Source: Camelus dromedarius
Lineage: Eukaryota
Assembly: GCF_036321535.1 (NCBI RefSeq)
Contig: NC_087437.1
Location: forward strand, 19,842,001-19,906,000
Direction: 5' to 3'
DNA length: 64,000 nucleotides
Part shown: positions 50,631-62,685 of the stretch, piece by piece
How the letters are laid out: the number at the start of each line of letters is the position of its first letter
Numbering within the stretch: position 1 is the first letter of the stretch
Notes under the pieces: generated by a model
Database searches by the model: none
Told to the model about the DNA's origin: nothing
What the model saw: only the letters and a program-made list of their open reading frames with translations
Program-made: the position numbers and the translations under genes

Positions 50631-51568
50631 GGCCATGTGTTGGAACTGAAAGACAGAAAATAAATAAATAAAAGAACAGGCTATCTTGGCAAGGAGAGTG
50701 ATGGAAACCCTTGAAAAAAGTCCCAGTTCCAGAGAAAAGCCGTAAGTCGTCATTTGGTCTCACGACTGCTGGGAATTTCTGAGCTGAATTCTCTTGAAGA
50801 CCCAGAAATGCTGAGGCTTAGGAAGGAAACAATGGGTTTTATCTCAGTGTCAACAGTGGTTGGAAGAGGCAAAATGGATGTAATTCAGTGGAACAGTCTG
50901 GGCCATGTCTTGGAAGTCGGATCAGGTGAAAGGACGGAGGGGTGGAGGGCCTCAGAATGAGTTCTGTTGGGAAGTTTGCATGGGGAGAGGGGCACGTGGT
51001 TCAATTTCAGATACCCCTGAGTTTGAATTCAGACACTGGCAAGTTATGTAACCTCTTTGAGGCTCTAGTTCCCCATATTTACATGGACAATACGTTCTCT
51101 CCTGAGACAGAAGTAAGCGTCATGTCTGGAGTGGAGAAGAGGTTCTGGCAGTGGTGGTGCAGTTATTGTCATCATGTCACTGGCTAACAGTTCCTCTGGT
51201 GCTGTCCCTGATTCCCTGGGGGTGCTGGGTTGAAGGTGGACAGCAGCCCCAGAGGCCACACAGAGCAGTTGGGTGGGATCCAAGGAGGGCATAGGGGAGG
51301 GAGAGAGAGGACCCAGCTCCCCACTAGCTGTGGGGCCAGAAGGGGTAAGATGTGGGCTTAGGAGGTGGGGCTGGGGGTGTCATGGCTCAAAGTTTCAATA
51401 GATCACCCTCACATTTCTTCCCCTTCCCATTGCTTATCTCTTCAAACTGCTTCCTCCTGGATCAGGAGCAGGAAAGACATGATATGATTCCATGGCCCCT
51501 AGTCAGCAGAATCCCAGAATCAAGTCACCCCAGGGTGAGTCAGTCATTAACAGCGAGCACCGCTGTGT

Positions 51569-52024
51569 GCCGTGAGTTCTCTTTGTAACTTTGGGCAAGT
51601 CGCTTCACCTCCCTGATTTTCATGTTTTTAAAATAGGCATAACTCCACCTTCCTCCCTGATCCAGAGATGCTCTGCTCATCCTGTAAATCCATGACTATG
51701 AAAGTTCTTTGGGGAGCTAAAAGCATTGGACCAATGTGGTTGATAATAAAACTTTCATTAAAAGGAGAAGGGGCAGGGATAAGTGTAGTTTACAGACAGC
51801 TGACCTCTTCTGTGCCTCCCTACCCTAGAGGGACACCCACCTCTTCAATGAGCTCCTTTCCAGGGGAGCTAGCGGTCATGGATGTTGTCCCGGGCAGGCT
51901 CTGGGTCAAGGGATCTGCCCGCTTTTCCTCGTGATGTCCTCACCATTACCTGGTGGAAGGTACTGCTAGCTCTGTGTTACAGGTGGGGAAAAGCAGGCTC
52001 TGGAAGGTGTAGGGGGCAGCGAGC
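51569..52024 (+). repeat. Right arm of ~460 bp inverted duplication
   Basis: Exact inverted blocks of 38 bp (51685-51722 vs 49986-50023) and 32 bp (51968-51999 vs 49707-49738). Confidence 0.97.
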
Positions 52025-53248
52025 ATGTCTAGCACTAGACACTGAGAAGTGGAAGGAAGGAGAAGCCTTGGTTCCTCCTGTTACCCCAGAGAGGCTGGTG
52101 AGATGTCCAGAAAAGGCACAATGCAGGGAAGTAGTGGGTATACACCAGCCAGCACATTGTTAATATCGGCATCATGTAAGCTGTGAGTTAGCGCATGGTT
52201 AATTGCTGGGCTACGTGGACCATAGGCATCCTCCAAGAGAGCCATGACTCTGGAGTCCTCAGCTGCCCCATGGGTGCTGGGTAGAAGAAAGCTCCTTCAG
52301 CCTCGATTTCCTTGTGGCCCAGGCATTCAGGGTGAGGACAGCTCTGCCAGCACAAGTGGGCAAGCACGGGAAGCCTGCAGCTCATCTCACCTTCCCTCCC
52401 AAGAAAACCAATTCTCACCAAGTCTGAATTGATGGGAAAACACACACACCTGTCATTTGAAGTTGACACCTTATTGGTCAGCTTTAAAGGGAGTAAAAAC
52501 ACAAGTGTCATGGAAGATCATTCATTGTAGTTCTGACCCAACCAGGAGCAGAGCAAAGCCCAGCACGGGCATCTGCCCATGGTTCTGTCTCCTACTGACC
52601 TGCAGTGGACACCTTTTTGTGCCACCCTAAGATTTAGGTGTGCCTACAGTGCTGGCTTCCATGGGCTGGGCACGCACCAGCTTTCAGCATAGGGCATGCA
52701 GCTGGAGGACACTGTCCCCCACTGCAGGAGCTTGTCAGTGCAGCCTTAACAGTGTGATTCTATTAGCTGTGCAGGGCTGGCATTGATGAGGGGGCAAACC
52801 TGAGCAGCCCCTCTTAACTTCAAAGCCAGCAAACACACTAGATGGATGGATGTGAGGGGCAGAGCATTGGGTGCGTAGCAGAAACCCAATGGTGAGGCGT
52901 GGCCGTAACTGCTAATGGGATCACGTTAGCTGAATTCTAGACTCCTGGTTCACAGTACAACTATTTTATTAGATAATGAAGAATACCTTTACTCCCAAGA
53001 AATGGATTCCTAGGAAATCCCCATGGAGGGGCCTCTTGAGCACTCTGTTCTGAGCCACATTTGTCTGCCTAATGGCCTGGAAACATGAATTAAGGCACAG
53101 GGAGACTGTGCACCACTCGGGGTCATGTTGGGGGATGCTATGTGGGGGGAGAGTGTCTGAGGGATAGCCAAACAGTGGGCACAGCGCACTCTCTAGGGGA
53201 CCCCCTAAGGGATGGGCACACCCACTGGTCACCTTGGTCTCCTTAGAG

Positions 53249-53895
53249 CAGGAGTCCACACACTTTTTCTTTAAAGAGCCAGATATTTTAGGCTTTGTAG
53301 CCCATATGGTCTGTTGCATATTCATTCTTTTTTTTTTAAATGATTGCCACAATAGGTTTACTGAGCATCCATCATCTCGTACAGATATAAAATTAAAGAG
53401 ATATAAAAAGTATTTTTTCTTTGTGATAAGAACTCTTAGGACTTACTGTCTTAACAACTTTCAAGTGTAACATACAGCAGCATTAATATGTATATCACAT
53501 TGTACATGACATCCTTAGTACTTACTTATCTTACAGCTGGAAGTTTGTACATTTTGACTACCTTCATCCTATTCCCTGTTCCTCCCAGCCACTGCCTCTG
53601 GTCGTCAGAAATGTGATCTCTTTTTCTTATGATTTTGTTGGTTAGTTTGTCTTTGAAGTATCATTGACCTACAACACCGTGTTATTTCCTGTCACACAAC
53701 ATAGTGATGCAATATTTCTTGTTGTTGGTTGCTGTTGCTGTTTCTTCTCCTTCTCTTTTTCTTCTTCACCCTCCTCATCTTTCTCTTCTTCTTTTACAAC
53801 TCTTTAAAAATGCAAATACCATTCTTAGTGTATGGGCTGTACAAAACCAGGCTATGGGCTGGATGTGGCCGTGGGCTGTAATTTGCTTACCCTTG
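53249..53895. mobile_element. hAT MITE, MER58B-like, split by an L1 insertion
   Basis: Left half CAGGAGTCCACACACTTTTTCTTTAAAGAGCCAGATATTTTAGGCTTTG. Right half CTTTAAAAATGCAAATACCATTCTTAG...GGGCTGTAATTTGCTTACCCTTG. Confidence 0.8.
53326..53708 (-). mobile_element. L1 3' UTR fragment nested in the MER58B-like element
   Basis: Poly-T, GAACTCTTAGGACTTACT, CTTATCTTACAGCTGGAAGTTTGTAC. Degenerate flanks TGCATATTC / TGCAATATTTC. Confidence 0.8.
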
Positions 53896-55019
53896 TCAGA
53901 GAGATTGGAGAGCCAGTCGGCTCATGAGCCTCGCAGGTCGGGGACGCGGCACTGAAGGAGCCCTGCATGGAAGGTAGTCACTTAGGCAGCATCTCTCCAT
54001 TGAGTACTTTCTGGGTGCCAGGCACCATTCTGGGACACTGGGGATGTGCCACTGGACAAAGTAAACAGGACCCTCTGTCCTTGTGAAGCTCACATTGTAG
54101 TGAGAAGAGAGAAACAATGAAGAAACACAGTAAGTATGTAGGAGGGTGATAAGTGCTAAGCAGTAAATATAAATTGAAGAGTAGGAACTTGAATTGGAGG
54201 AATTTGGATGGGGAAGGGAGGGGTCTGGTCTACCTTGTTCAAAATCCAGCTTGACCAATTCTGGGTTGTGTGACCTGGGGTGATTTTGTTAACTTCTCTG
54301 AGTCTCACTTGTCTTTTCTATAAAACGAGGGTAATTTACAGGGCAGTAGTGGGGATTAGATGAGCCCATGAAGCAGAGGGCCACTGCAGGAAACATTCAA
54401 GAAAACCTAGCAGATGTCACCATCATCATCTTATAAGTAGTATTAGTGGTCGCAGTGGTGGTGGTACTGGTAGTACCTACAGCCCCTGAGTTAGGCTCCC
54501 AGATCATCCACCCATTTATGTCAAACCCACCAAACAATCACGGTTCTGGTTGGAAGACCCATGAAGTCATCAAGTCCAGAGTCCTCATTTCACTGATAAA
54601 GAAACGGACCCTCCCAGAGAGGTGGGCTCACTTAAGTTCACACAGTGGGTTTTAGAATGCCTTCTCTTCCTAGCCTAGGGCACATCAGACCACTTCACTT
54701 CTATGCTAATGACTTCACCTCTGCATTATCCCTCACCAAGCAGACCCCTGGAAAGCAGACACTCCAATGCCTTCACTAGAGTGCTAATTTGGGCCCTGAC
54801 ATGTGCCAGATATAGGATCTTGGGCAGGTTACTTAATTTCTCTGTGCTTCAGTTTCTTCATCTGTAAGATGGTGATAATAATAAAATTAATAGTATGTGG
54901 TTAGTATGAGGTTTAAATGTGTTGATATTGTAATGCACTTAAAGTAGTGCCCAGAGCATGGTAAGTGCATTATAAGTGTTTGTTAAGTGCTGTAGAGAAA
55001 ATAAATAAATGGAGAAGAG

Positions 55020-57600
55020 AGCCACCAGGAGTGGGTGGTCAGGGAGGGTCTCTCTGAGGAGATGGCACTTGAGCTGAAATCTGAATGCTAGGATAACAAC
55101 TGTGAAAAGATAAAGGAAAAGTATCCCAGGCAGAAGGAACAGCACATGCAAAGACCCTGGGTAAAATCTCATTCAGTGTATTGAGAAACAAGGCTTGCAT
55201 GGCTGCTCGGTGTTTGGGGATGGGTGGGCAATGAGATGGAGAGGAAAGCCAGGATCAAATCTGGGAAGGCCTCACTATAGCTGATCTTTAATGTCCCCAT
55301 ACAAAGCTGCCAGGGTTATAAGCAGACTGCTGCAGAAGGGTGAACTGTAATGGACAGTGATGGAAGCAGGGAGATCAGATGCTCTCCACCACAGTAGCCC
55401 AGGCAAAGGATGATAGTGACTTGTACTAGGGGAAAAGTAGTCAGCAGAGGTAGTAAGAAGTGGATGAATTAGTGGAAAAATAGGAGGGTAGAGCCACAGG
55501 CTTCACTGATGAATGAGATGTGTAGGCAGCAGGAAAAAAGACTTAAGGATGACTCCCCAGGGTTTGGACTGATCAACTGAGTGGACAGTGGTGCCAATAA
55601 CTGTGATGAGGAAGACTGGGTAAGGGGCAGATTTGGGGGAGGCAATCAGGGGTCTAGTGCTGAGTATGTTGAGATGCCCCGTGAGACATCCAAGTGGAGA
55701 TGCTGACAGAGTTTGCAGTTGAATGTTCAAATCTGAAGCTCAGGGGAAAACTAAGGCCTGGGATGAAATGGTGTCATCATCAGCATTTAGAACGTAACGT
55801 TTTACTGCAGGATGAGAACACGCAGAAAGTGAGAGCCCATAGAGAGCAGGGCCGAGGACCAAGCTCTTGGCCAACACTGAGTTCAGGAGGCAGGAATCAG
55901 CCAAAGAGACAGGGATAGAAGCCCTGAGGTAGGAGGAATCCCAAGAGAGTGTGGTGACATAGAGACCTAGAGGAGAAAATGATTTCAGAAAACCAGTGTC
56001 ATCTACTCTGAGGCTGAATAAGATGAGTCTGGAGAACTGACCATTAGATTTAGCCAGACAGAGGTGACTTGTGACCATGGAGGAGTGGCCTCAGTGGAGC
56101 AGTGGGTACAGAGCCCCGCTGGGGTGGTTGGAGGGAGGATGAGGGGGAAGAAGTGGGAATCACGAGTGTTGTCAACTCTCTTGAGAAAGGTTGCAGTGAA
56201 CAGGTACGTGGAAATGGGCCAGTGGCTGAAGGGAGGGAATTGTAGGGTGGGGAATGTTTTAGAGAGTCAATGTCAAGGCATGTTTATGGTGAGAACAAAG
56301 TTAACTATTCAGGAGACAAGAGAAGTTGCAGGAGAAAAGGCCTTGAGTGGGCAAGGAGGACAGGTATAAGGCATAAGGAGGGGGGTGGACCTTAGGAGTA
56401 GAGAGGTTTGTACTGTAATAGGAGGGGAAGCAGAGTACATGAGAACAGATGCCTGTGAGCTGGAGAATTTAGGGGTGGGAATATGAAGCAGTTCCCTGAT
56501 TTCATGCTTTCTTTATGAAATATGAGGTGAAGTTACCAACTGAGAGTTAGGAGTGGGGAAGGAGTATTGGAGTTTTAAGCAGAGAGAGGAAGGTGTGGAA
56601 TGATTAGATGGGGAGTGAGACAGTGAATTTACTGGGGAAATGGCGTGGCACTGTCCATGGTGCTGATCAACCACTGGAAATTTGAATTCACATATATAGG
56701 CTCCAGCCAGCACCATTTACTTGATGTTTTCTGACACATTTACATGGGTGCAGGGTGTGAAAAGACAGATATTTGGGTTAAACGGGGATTGAAGTAAGGG
56801 AGGAGGAGAGAAGGAAGGAGAGAGAGCCAAGACAGTTAAGCAGGGAGGTGTGCAAGGGAGGGATTACAGTGCTGGGTAATGGACTCGAAGCAGAATAAGG
56901 ATGGAAATAAGGACATGGAGACATGGTTGACAGCAGCAAAGTGGCAGGGTCAGTGCAGTCAATGTAAGGCCCTGTAAGGTTAAAGAATCGTTAGTGCATT
57001 TGTACCAGAGTGTATAAGCAGAAGAGTTGGGAGGTGATAGTCAGAATGGATGATAAATAGAAATTTTGTAGTTAGTTCAGTAATTGGTGATGATGTATGG
57101 CCTTAGGATTAGATGCCCAAGATGGGAGGAGAAAAAAGACTGGGTGTAGGAGGACAAGGAGCTCAGAGGCCATGGTTATGGAGAGATTATTATCATGGAT
57201 GTTCAGGTCCCCCCAGATGAAGACAGGGAAGCAGGCCTGAAGTCATTGGTGAATGGCAGGGTGCAGGATGACTAGGAAGTTGACAGATCACAGCAGTGTG
57301 ATGATATGCTTCAAAAGAGCCGGAGGTTTTGAATGAAGAAGGCATCGACAGGGCTTGGAAGTGGCTGTGGGGATCCAAAAGGCACCTGCCCACTTCCACC
57401 TGTGAAAAATTAGTCTCTACCACTAGAAAATCCTAAATGAATGCCCTGAAGGGCTTCAGGGTTTCCATTAGAATAGGAAGGGGAAGGAACAATCCAAAGT
57501 TGAGCCCTAAGTGAGTGACTGAGGTGTTTGCTTTTGATATTCTCTGAGTTCTACAGGGACTGGCAGATGGGTTTGAGGATCAGGAAGGGATATTGGGTGG
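55020..57600 (-). mobile_element. Long (~2.6 kb) L2 LINE remnant with recognisable reverse-transcriptase homology
   Basis: Minus-strand ORF 55740-56078 reads AKSNGQFS..LIL, TTLSW.SSYL, SLVLGP.LY, YVLNADD (decayed YADD). ORF 55503-55730 contains GVIL.S, matching the L2 ORF2 C-terminal part. L2 3' motifs at 55020-55160. Right boundary approximate. Confidence 0.88.
56647..56667 (-). promoter_or_regulatory. REST/NRSF RE1 element within L2
   Basis: Minus strand ATCAGCACCATGGACAGTGCC vs consensus TTCAGCACCACGGACAGCGCC: 18/21, both half-sites intact, canonical 2 bp spacer. Confidence 0.7.
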
Positions 57601-58084
57601 CATGAGGGGAGAAATGGCTAGTACAGTATCCTTATCACTTGCTTCTCCTCCCAATCCTTTTGCAATTTTTTTTTCTTATTACCTGGCCTTTAAGACTTGA
57701 GGGTCATCCTTTCCAATGTTATTCATTCATGTACACTTGCATGCATACATTTAAATGTTGGGAGCCTCAGTTGTGCTGGGGACACAGAGATGGCCATATC
57801 TAGATCCTCAATGTAGTGGATCCCTGACATCGCGTGAAGACAGACAAGTAGGCTGGCATTTGTCAGAAGGTGCAAGTTATGTGTTCCTGGCAATAGTTAA
57901 AATAATGCAAATAGCAAATAGTTGAATTCAAAAAATTCAGAGCCCATTCAAGGTTATCACAATAGTGTCACTCTTCCTCATTTTAATACCAGGATGTATT
58001 CTTGAGAGGGGGAAATTAGGATGATTTTAGAACCAGTGAGCTAGGATAGTGGGAGTGCCCCACAGCAACATTTCAACCCTAGAA

Positions 58085-58320
58085 GGCAGTAATAATCTGG
58101 GGGAAACCTGCCAGGGTTCAAATCCCAGGTCCAGGACTTCCTAGCCATTTGACCCAGTCAAAATTGCTTAACCTCTGCAAGCATCTGCTTCCTCGTCTGT
58201 AACATGGGAATAATAAAACTCCTAATGATAGAATTGTCATGAGGAATAACTAAAGTGTAATAACTAAAGTGTCTATAAAACTCTTAGGACAGGGCTGGTC
58301 TAGTACCTAGTAAGGTCTCA
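58085..58320 (+). mobile_element. MIR SINE
   Basis: GGGTTCAAATCCCAG...TGCTTAACCTCT...TTCCTCGTCTGTAACATGGGAATAATAA. Confidence 0.8.
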
Positions 58321-58846
58321 AAACACTCCAGGTTTAATTATTGTTACTAACACCCTGTGATCTATATTCTGGGTCAAGGACATCACCATGGGAAAGATAT
58401 TGAAAACCACTGGTGTGCTGGCGGGGGCAGTGCACACACAAGGGACTATAAGGCAGATGGCTGAGTGGAGTGACAATGCTAAAAACCGAGTGCTTTGGAA
58501 GTAGGAAGAGAGGGCCACTGTCAGGCACTCTGACCCTTTCCGAGTCTAATTTCCTAGTCAAGAAGTGACTTCCCTGATTCTTTGGGATGGAAAGAGCCAG
58601 GCTAATCTCAACAGCTTGAGGAGACTAGGATAGAATAAGAACAGGACTGCCTATTGAGTTATTGTGGACATTAAATGAGTTAGTAATCATAAAGCAGTTA
58701 GGACAGTGCACAGAGTAAGGGCTGTCTAAGTGTTCCTGTAGTCATTTTTCTCTTCTGTCATTTAAAAGAGTCTAGAATTTTTGTGTTTTACCCCAGATCC
58801 TGGGAATACCACACTGACTTGTAAATCCAAGTGCCATCCCCAATTT

Positions 58847-58853
58847 AATAATA

Positions 58854-58885
<32 letters not shown>
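58847..58885. repeat. (AAT)3(GAT)10 microsatellite
   Basis: Direct read. Confidence 0.92.
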
Positions 58886-58974
58886 AAAGCATTTAGAATT
58901 GACTGTGTCTTCAAATTAGGAAGCAAAGTATACACATTCCAACAGGATCTTTGCTTTAATAAATAATAGATACA

Positions 58975-59120
58975 TTTGCAGGGGTTTATGAACTGTCTGC
59001 AAATTTATGCAAGCATTTGCAAAAACATGCATTCATATGTTTTTCTAGGTTGAAGGTCTGTAGCTTTCATCACATTTTTTAAAAGAGATCCATGTCCCCA
59101 AAATAGATTAGGAAACATTG
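58975..59120. mobile_element. hAT-Charlie MITE, MER103-like
   Basis: TAGCTTTCATCACATTTTTAAAAGAGATCCATGTCCCCAAAATAGATTAGGAAACATTG terminus. Confidence 0.5.
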
Positions 59121-59313
59121 AGCTCTCCCAATTAAAACAGAATTCCATTTGCAAAAAAAACAATTTAAATAAATTTCCCGTAAGTCCAACTTTTAGGCGA
59201 GGAAGGAGATATCCAATCAGGCATTTCCCATCCACTGTGGGCCTGACTCTGCTCTGTGGTTGATACAGTAATTCGTGAAACAATGCATGAAATATGATTT
59301 CTGCTCTCAAAGT

Positions 59314-59794
59314 TGGCATCAGACAGCATCCTGGCAGGAAACAGATGGCACATTCAAATTAGGTAGTTCGGAAAAAGGCTAATAAAGGGATTATTTACAA
59401 AAGTGTGAGCAGGATGTTGTGAACAACAAGAGATAGTGTGGTTCCCTGGTCTAGACAGGGCGGGGCACGTGACCACCCTGAGGCCTGAAGGGGAGGGACT
59501 GATTATGAAACTTGAAGGTAAAACTGGGCAGGGAGGGTCTCCACACAGGACCTGTGCTCTTCCTTTCAGTGGAGGGACTGGGCCACATTGCAGGGACATA
59601 AGGAGAGATTGTGGGGGCAGTAAATACCCCAACCCCTCCCTTCCCTTCCTCAGCCCCTGCAGTGACTCCCATTGCTGAACCCAACCACAGGAGGGTGGGC
59701 ACAGGAGCTCACTAACATGGTCCATTTGCCTCCTGGAGCACTTAGCAGAGAGGGGAAGGTCCACGTGGAGGCGAGGAGGAAGATGTCCAGCCCA
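59314..59794 (-). mobile_element. ERVL solo LTR (LTR33-like)
   Basis: CCTGGCAGGAAACAGATGGCACATTCAAATTAGGTA...TAATAAAGGGATTATTTACAAAAGTGTG at one end and GGAAGATGTCCAGCCCA at the other. Confidence 0.75.
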
Positions 59795-60706
59795 GGGACC
59801 TTGTCAGGGGAAAGAGATGGGCTGAGTGGATCATGTGACATTAACGCACTAGATAATTAGAAATGCAGACACAGTGCATAGTTAAATTATCAGCGGGAAA
59901 AGTAGATAGTAAGTGTTTCTGCAGTTAGGAGGTTTGAGAACGTAAAGTCATTACATCTTAGGGGCTGTGAATCTTATTATAGCTAAAAACTTGTGATTTT
60001 AGAAACCAAGTGTTCATGTCATTTTCCCCTGACAGCAGCATGGAGCTGATTCCAATTTGAGTGTTTAGTGTTTATCAAATTGAATTGATTTCTACCACTT
60101 AAAAAAAAAAACTTTTCTTTTGAACTAATTATAGACTTAAAAGAAGTAAAATTAGCACAGAGAGATTTGGTATGCCCCTTCCTAGCCTCCTCCATGGTGA
60201 CAATACATTATTAAAACTGGATTCCTACCACTCTTTAAGGTGGAACTTGTGCCACTGTGTAAGGGTCACATTTGGTGAAGGTATTTATTCAGAGGTATTC
60301 ACTTCGTAGACCAAAAGCCTGTAAACAGCTCTCCTAGCCACTCCCTTGGCAGCATAGTGAGGCTTTTGGGAGAATTTGTGATTCTAGCATATAGTTTCCA
60401 ACCTCTTAACAACCTGTGTGCCCTCCATCAAATGTCTTAACCTCTTTCAGCCCTAGTTTCCTCATTTGAAAAATTGGGAAAATAATATCTACCTCATGAG
60501 ATTGTCATGAAAATAAAGATGGACAAAGCATGCATAATGCCTGCCACATTCTAGGTATTTCTTGTCCATAGCTATGGTTGTCTGCATCTCTGCAGAAGAA
60601 CTACTAGCGAGAACCCCTGGAGTCAGTGGACCTGAGTTCACAAACCAGTTTTTTCCCTCTAATTAGCTGTGATGACTTGGGATATTTAGTTAACCTTTCT
60701 TGGTCT

Positions 60707-61075
60707 GATTTTTTAACTTTTATAACATTTAAAAAAATTGAAGTAGAGTTGATTTACAATGCTGTATTTGTTTCTAGTTTGTAGCATGGTGATTCAATCA
60801 TATACATAAATATATACACACACACAGACACACACACACACACACATATTCTTTTTCATTACAGGTTAGTACAAACCATTGACTATAGGTCCCTGTGCTA
60901 TAGTAGGACCTTATTGTTTATCTGTTCTGTACATTTGTATCTGCCAATCCCAAACTCCCAATTTATCCCTCCCTCCCCCTTTGCCCCCTTGGTAACCACA
61001 AGTTTGTTTTCTATGTTTGTGAGTTTCCTTCTGTTTTGTAAATAAGTTCATTTATGTCACTTTGTTAGATTCCTC
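60707..61075 (-). mobile_element. L1 3' UTR fragment with internal (CA)n, inserted into a MIR (~60615-61205)
   Basis: AATTGAAGTAGAGTTGATTTACAATG...TCCCTGTGCTATA...GGTAACCACAAGTTTGTTTTCTATG...TTAGATTCC. Flanking CTTGGTCT at 60699-60706 and 61076-61083. Confidence 0.9.
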
Positions 61076-61329
61076 CTTGGTCTTAGTTTTCCCATTCTTT
61101 AAACGAGGGACTGTAGCTACATCACAGGGAAGTGGTGAAGATTCAAGGAGATGAGGCACATGCAGTGTCTGGTACATAGTAGATGCTCAATAATTGATGC
61201 TTTCATTATTAGTGAGTAAGGACTATAGCTTCCTTGTCTGTCTGCAGCATCTAGCAAGTACTGGCTCCGACAAGGTGCTCAGTCAATTGCTGACAAGCGG
61301 AGGGAATGTATGAATGACTGAATCTTGAG

Positions 61330-61720
61330 CGGGTTGGCGTTCTGGAACCCCTAATCAGGCACCACGTCAGCCGGGCCTGGTGCACTGAAGCTCGGCAGCA
61401 TTCCGGAGCCCTTCATGTTGGAGCCCCATTCATCACTCCTGACTTGTGCATGCCGGCACAGCGAGTGATGCATCGCCCAGCCCCTTATCGCACGTAGGAA
61501 GCCCGCTCTCATGTAAATGCAACTTGGACCCCATTCATCAAGGGGACGCCGTGTTCTCCTGGTAAACTCAGCTGCCTAATGTACAGTGAACACAAATTCG
61601 CCAGCATACAGAACAGCCAGAGAGAGGCGCCCGGGGGTACCGAGGCCGGGTCTGGCGCACTGACATTCAGGAGATAAAAGTCCTGTGTGTCATAATGTGA
61701 TCGTGTCTAACACGGATTTT
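61330..61720. promoter_or_regulatory. Small CpG-rich island-like element, candidate enhancer or promoter
   Basis: About 22 CpGs in ~390 bp by eye, in non-repetitive sequence against a CpG-depleted background. Confidence 0.5.
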
Positions 61721-62556
61721 GAGAGGAGGACCAGGGCAAGAGATGGAGGGAGAGCAGGGACTTCATAGCCAGAGAGGCACAGTCAGCTCCCTTGCGCCCC
61801 TCACGATGAGCACTTGGAAATATCACACAACCCCTGTGAGCTGTTTTCGTCTCCTAGGAGTGGCAGTAACAGACTCCCAGGGTGCTGGAGAGCACCACAG
61901 CATCTGGCGGGCCCCTGCACCTACACTCTAACACAGCCACTGTGTGGCTTGCCCTGTGAGGAGCACCTCACTGCTTTTTTAGGGCGACATTGAGGGAAGC
62001 TCCGCTGATGGTTAGAGGAGGTATTAGATGCACATACCATGAAACCCTCACTAAAGCCCTGCCAGGAATCAGAGATCATGTCCTTAGGGAAGGTTGCCTG
62101 GGGTAAAATGAATAAACATTCTTGTCTTTCCCTATTCATTCTTTCAATAAACATTCACAGTTGCAAACTCTATGCCACATTGCCGGGGTTAGTGAGGGGG
62201 ACACAAATAAAATAGCTCCTGCTTTTTAGGCGCTCATGTTCTTCTAATGGCCAAGAAAATAGGAAACAAATTTAAAGCATGATGGGGGATGATGCTGTCA
62301 GAGAGAGGGAAGCACAGGGCTGGGAGGAGGGGTCCTGACCCAGCCTACAGGAGACGAGGGAAGCCCAGACTCTTCTGTGGGTAGATGCAGATTTTATATT
62401 TTGTATCCTTGTTCACAAGAAGTTTTGGCATTTGCAGTTTTGTAGCCCAATTGAAAGCAATGTTTGGATCCCATGTTTAAATGTTTTTAGCACAAACAGT
62501 CCTTTTACACCATAGCTCCCTATTCTTGAGCTCTCAATTTTACTTCTCATTGATTT

Positions 62557-62685
62557 TTTTGGGGGGGTTAATTAATTAATTAATTTGTTTGTTTGTTTGT
62601 TTATTTAATGGAGGTACTGGGGAAAGAACCCAGGGCCTCATGCATGCTAAGCATGTGCTCTGCCTCTGAGCTATACCTCCCCCTC
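62557..62685 (-). mobile_element. tRNA-derived SINE, camelid Vic-1 type
   Basis: TGGAGGTACTGGGGAAAGAACCCAGG...GCATGCTAAGCATGTGCTCTGCCTCTGAGCTATACC. Perfect 16 bp TSD TACTTCTCATTGATTT at 62541-62556 and 62686-62701. Confidence 0.93.

Noticed and set aside
49927..51934. Two ORFs sharing the peptide KSMTMKVLWGAK.IGPMWLIIK on opposite strands
   Set aside because: The similarity comes from the inverted DNA duplication. Indels shift the frame between copies and part is MIR-derived, so these are not paralogous genes.
55740..56078. Reverse-transcriptase-like ORF as an active or domesticated gene
   Set aside because: Catalytic YADD is altered, motifs are partly deleted, and neighbouring segments are broken by stops and frameshifts; a fossil L2.
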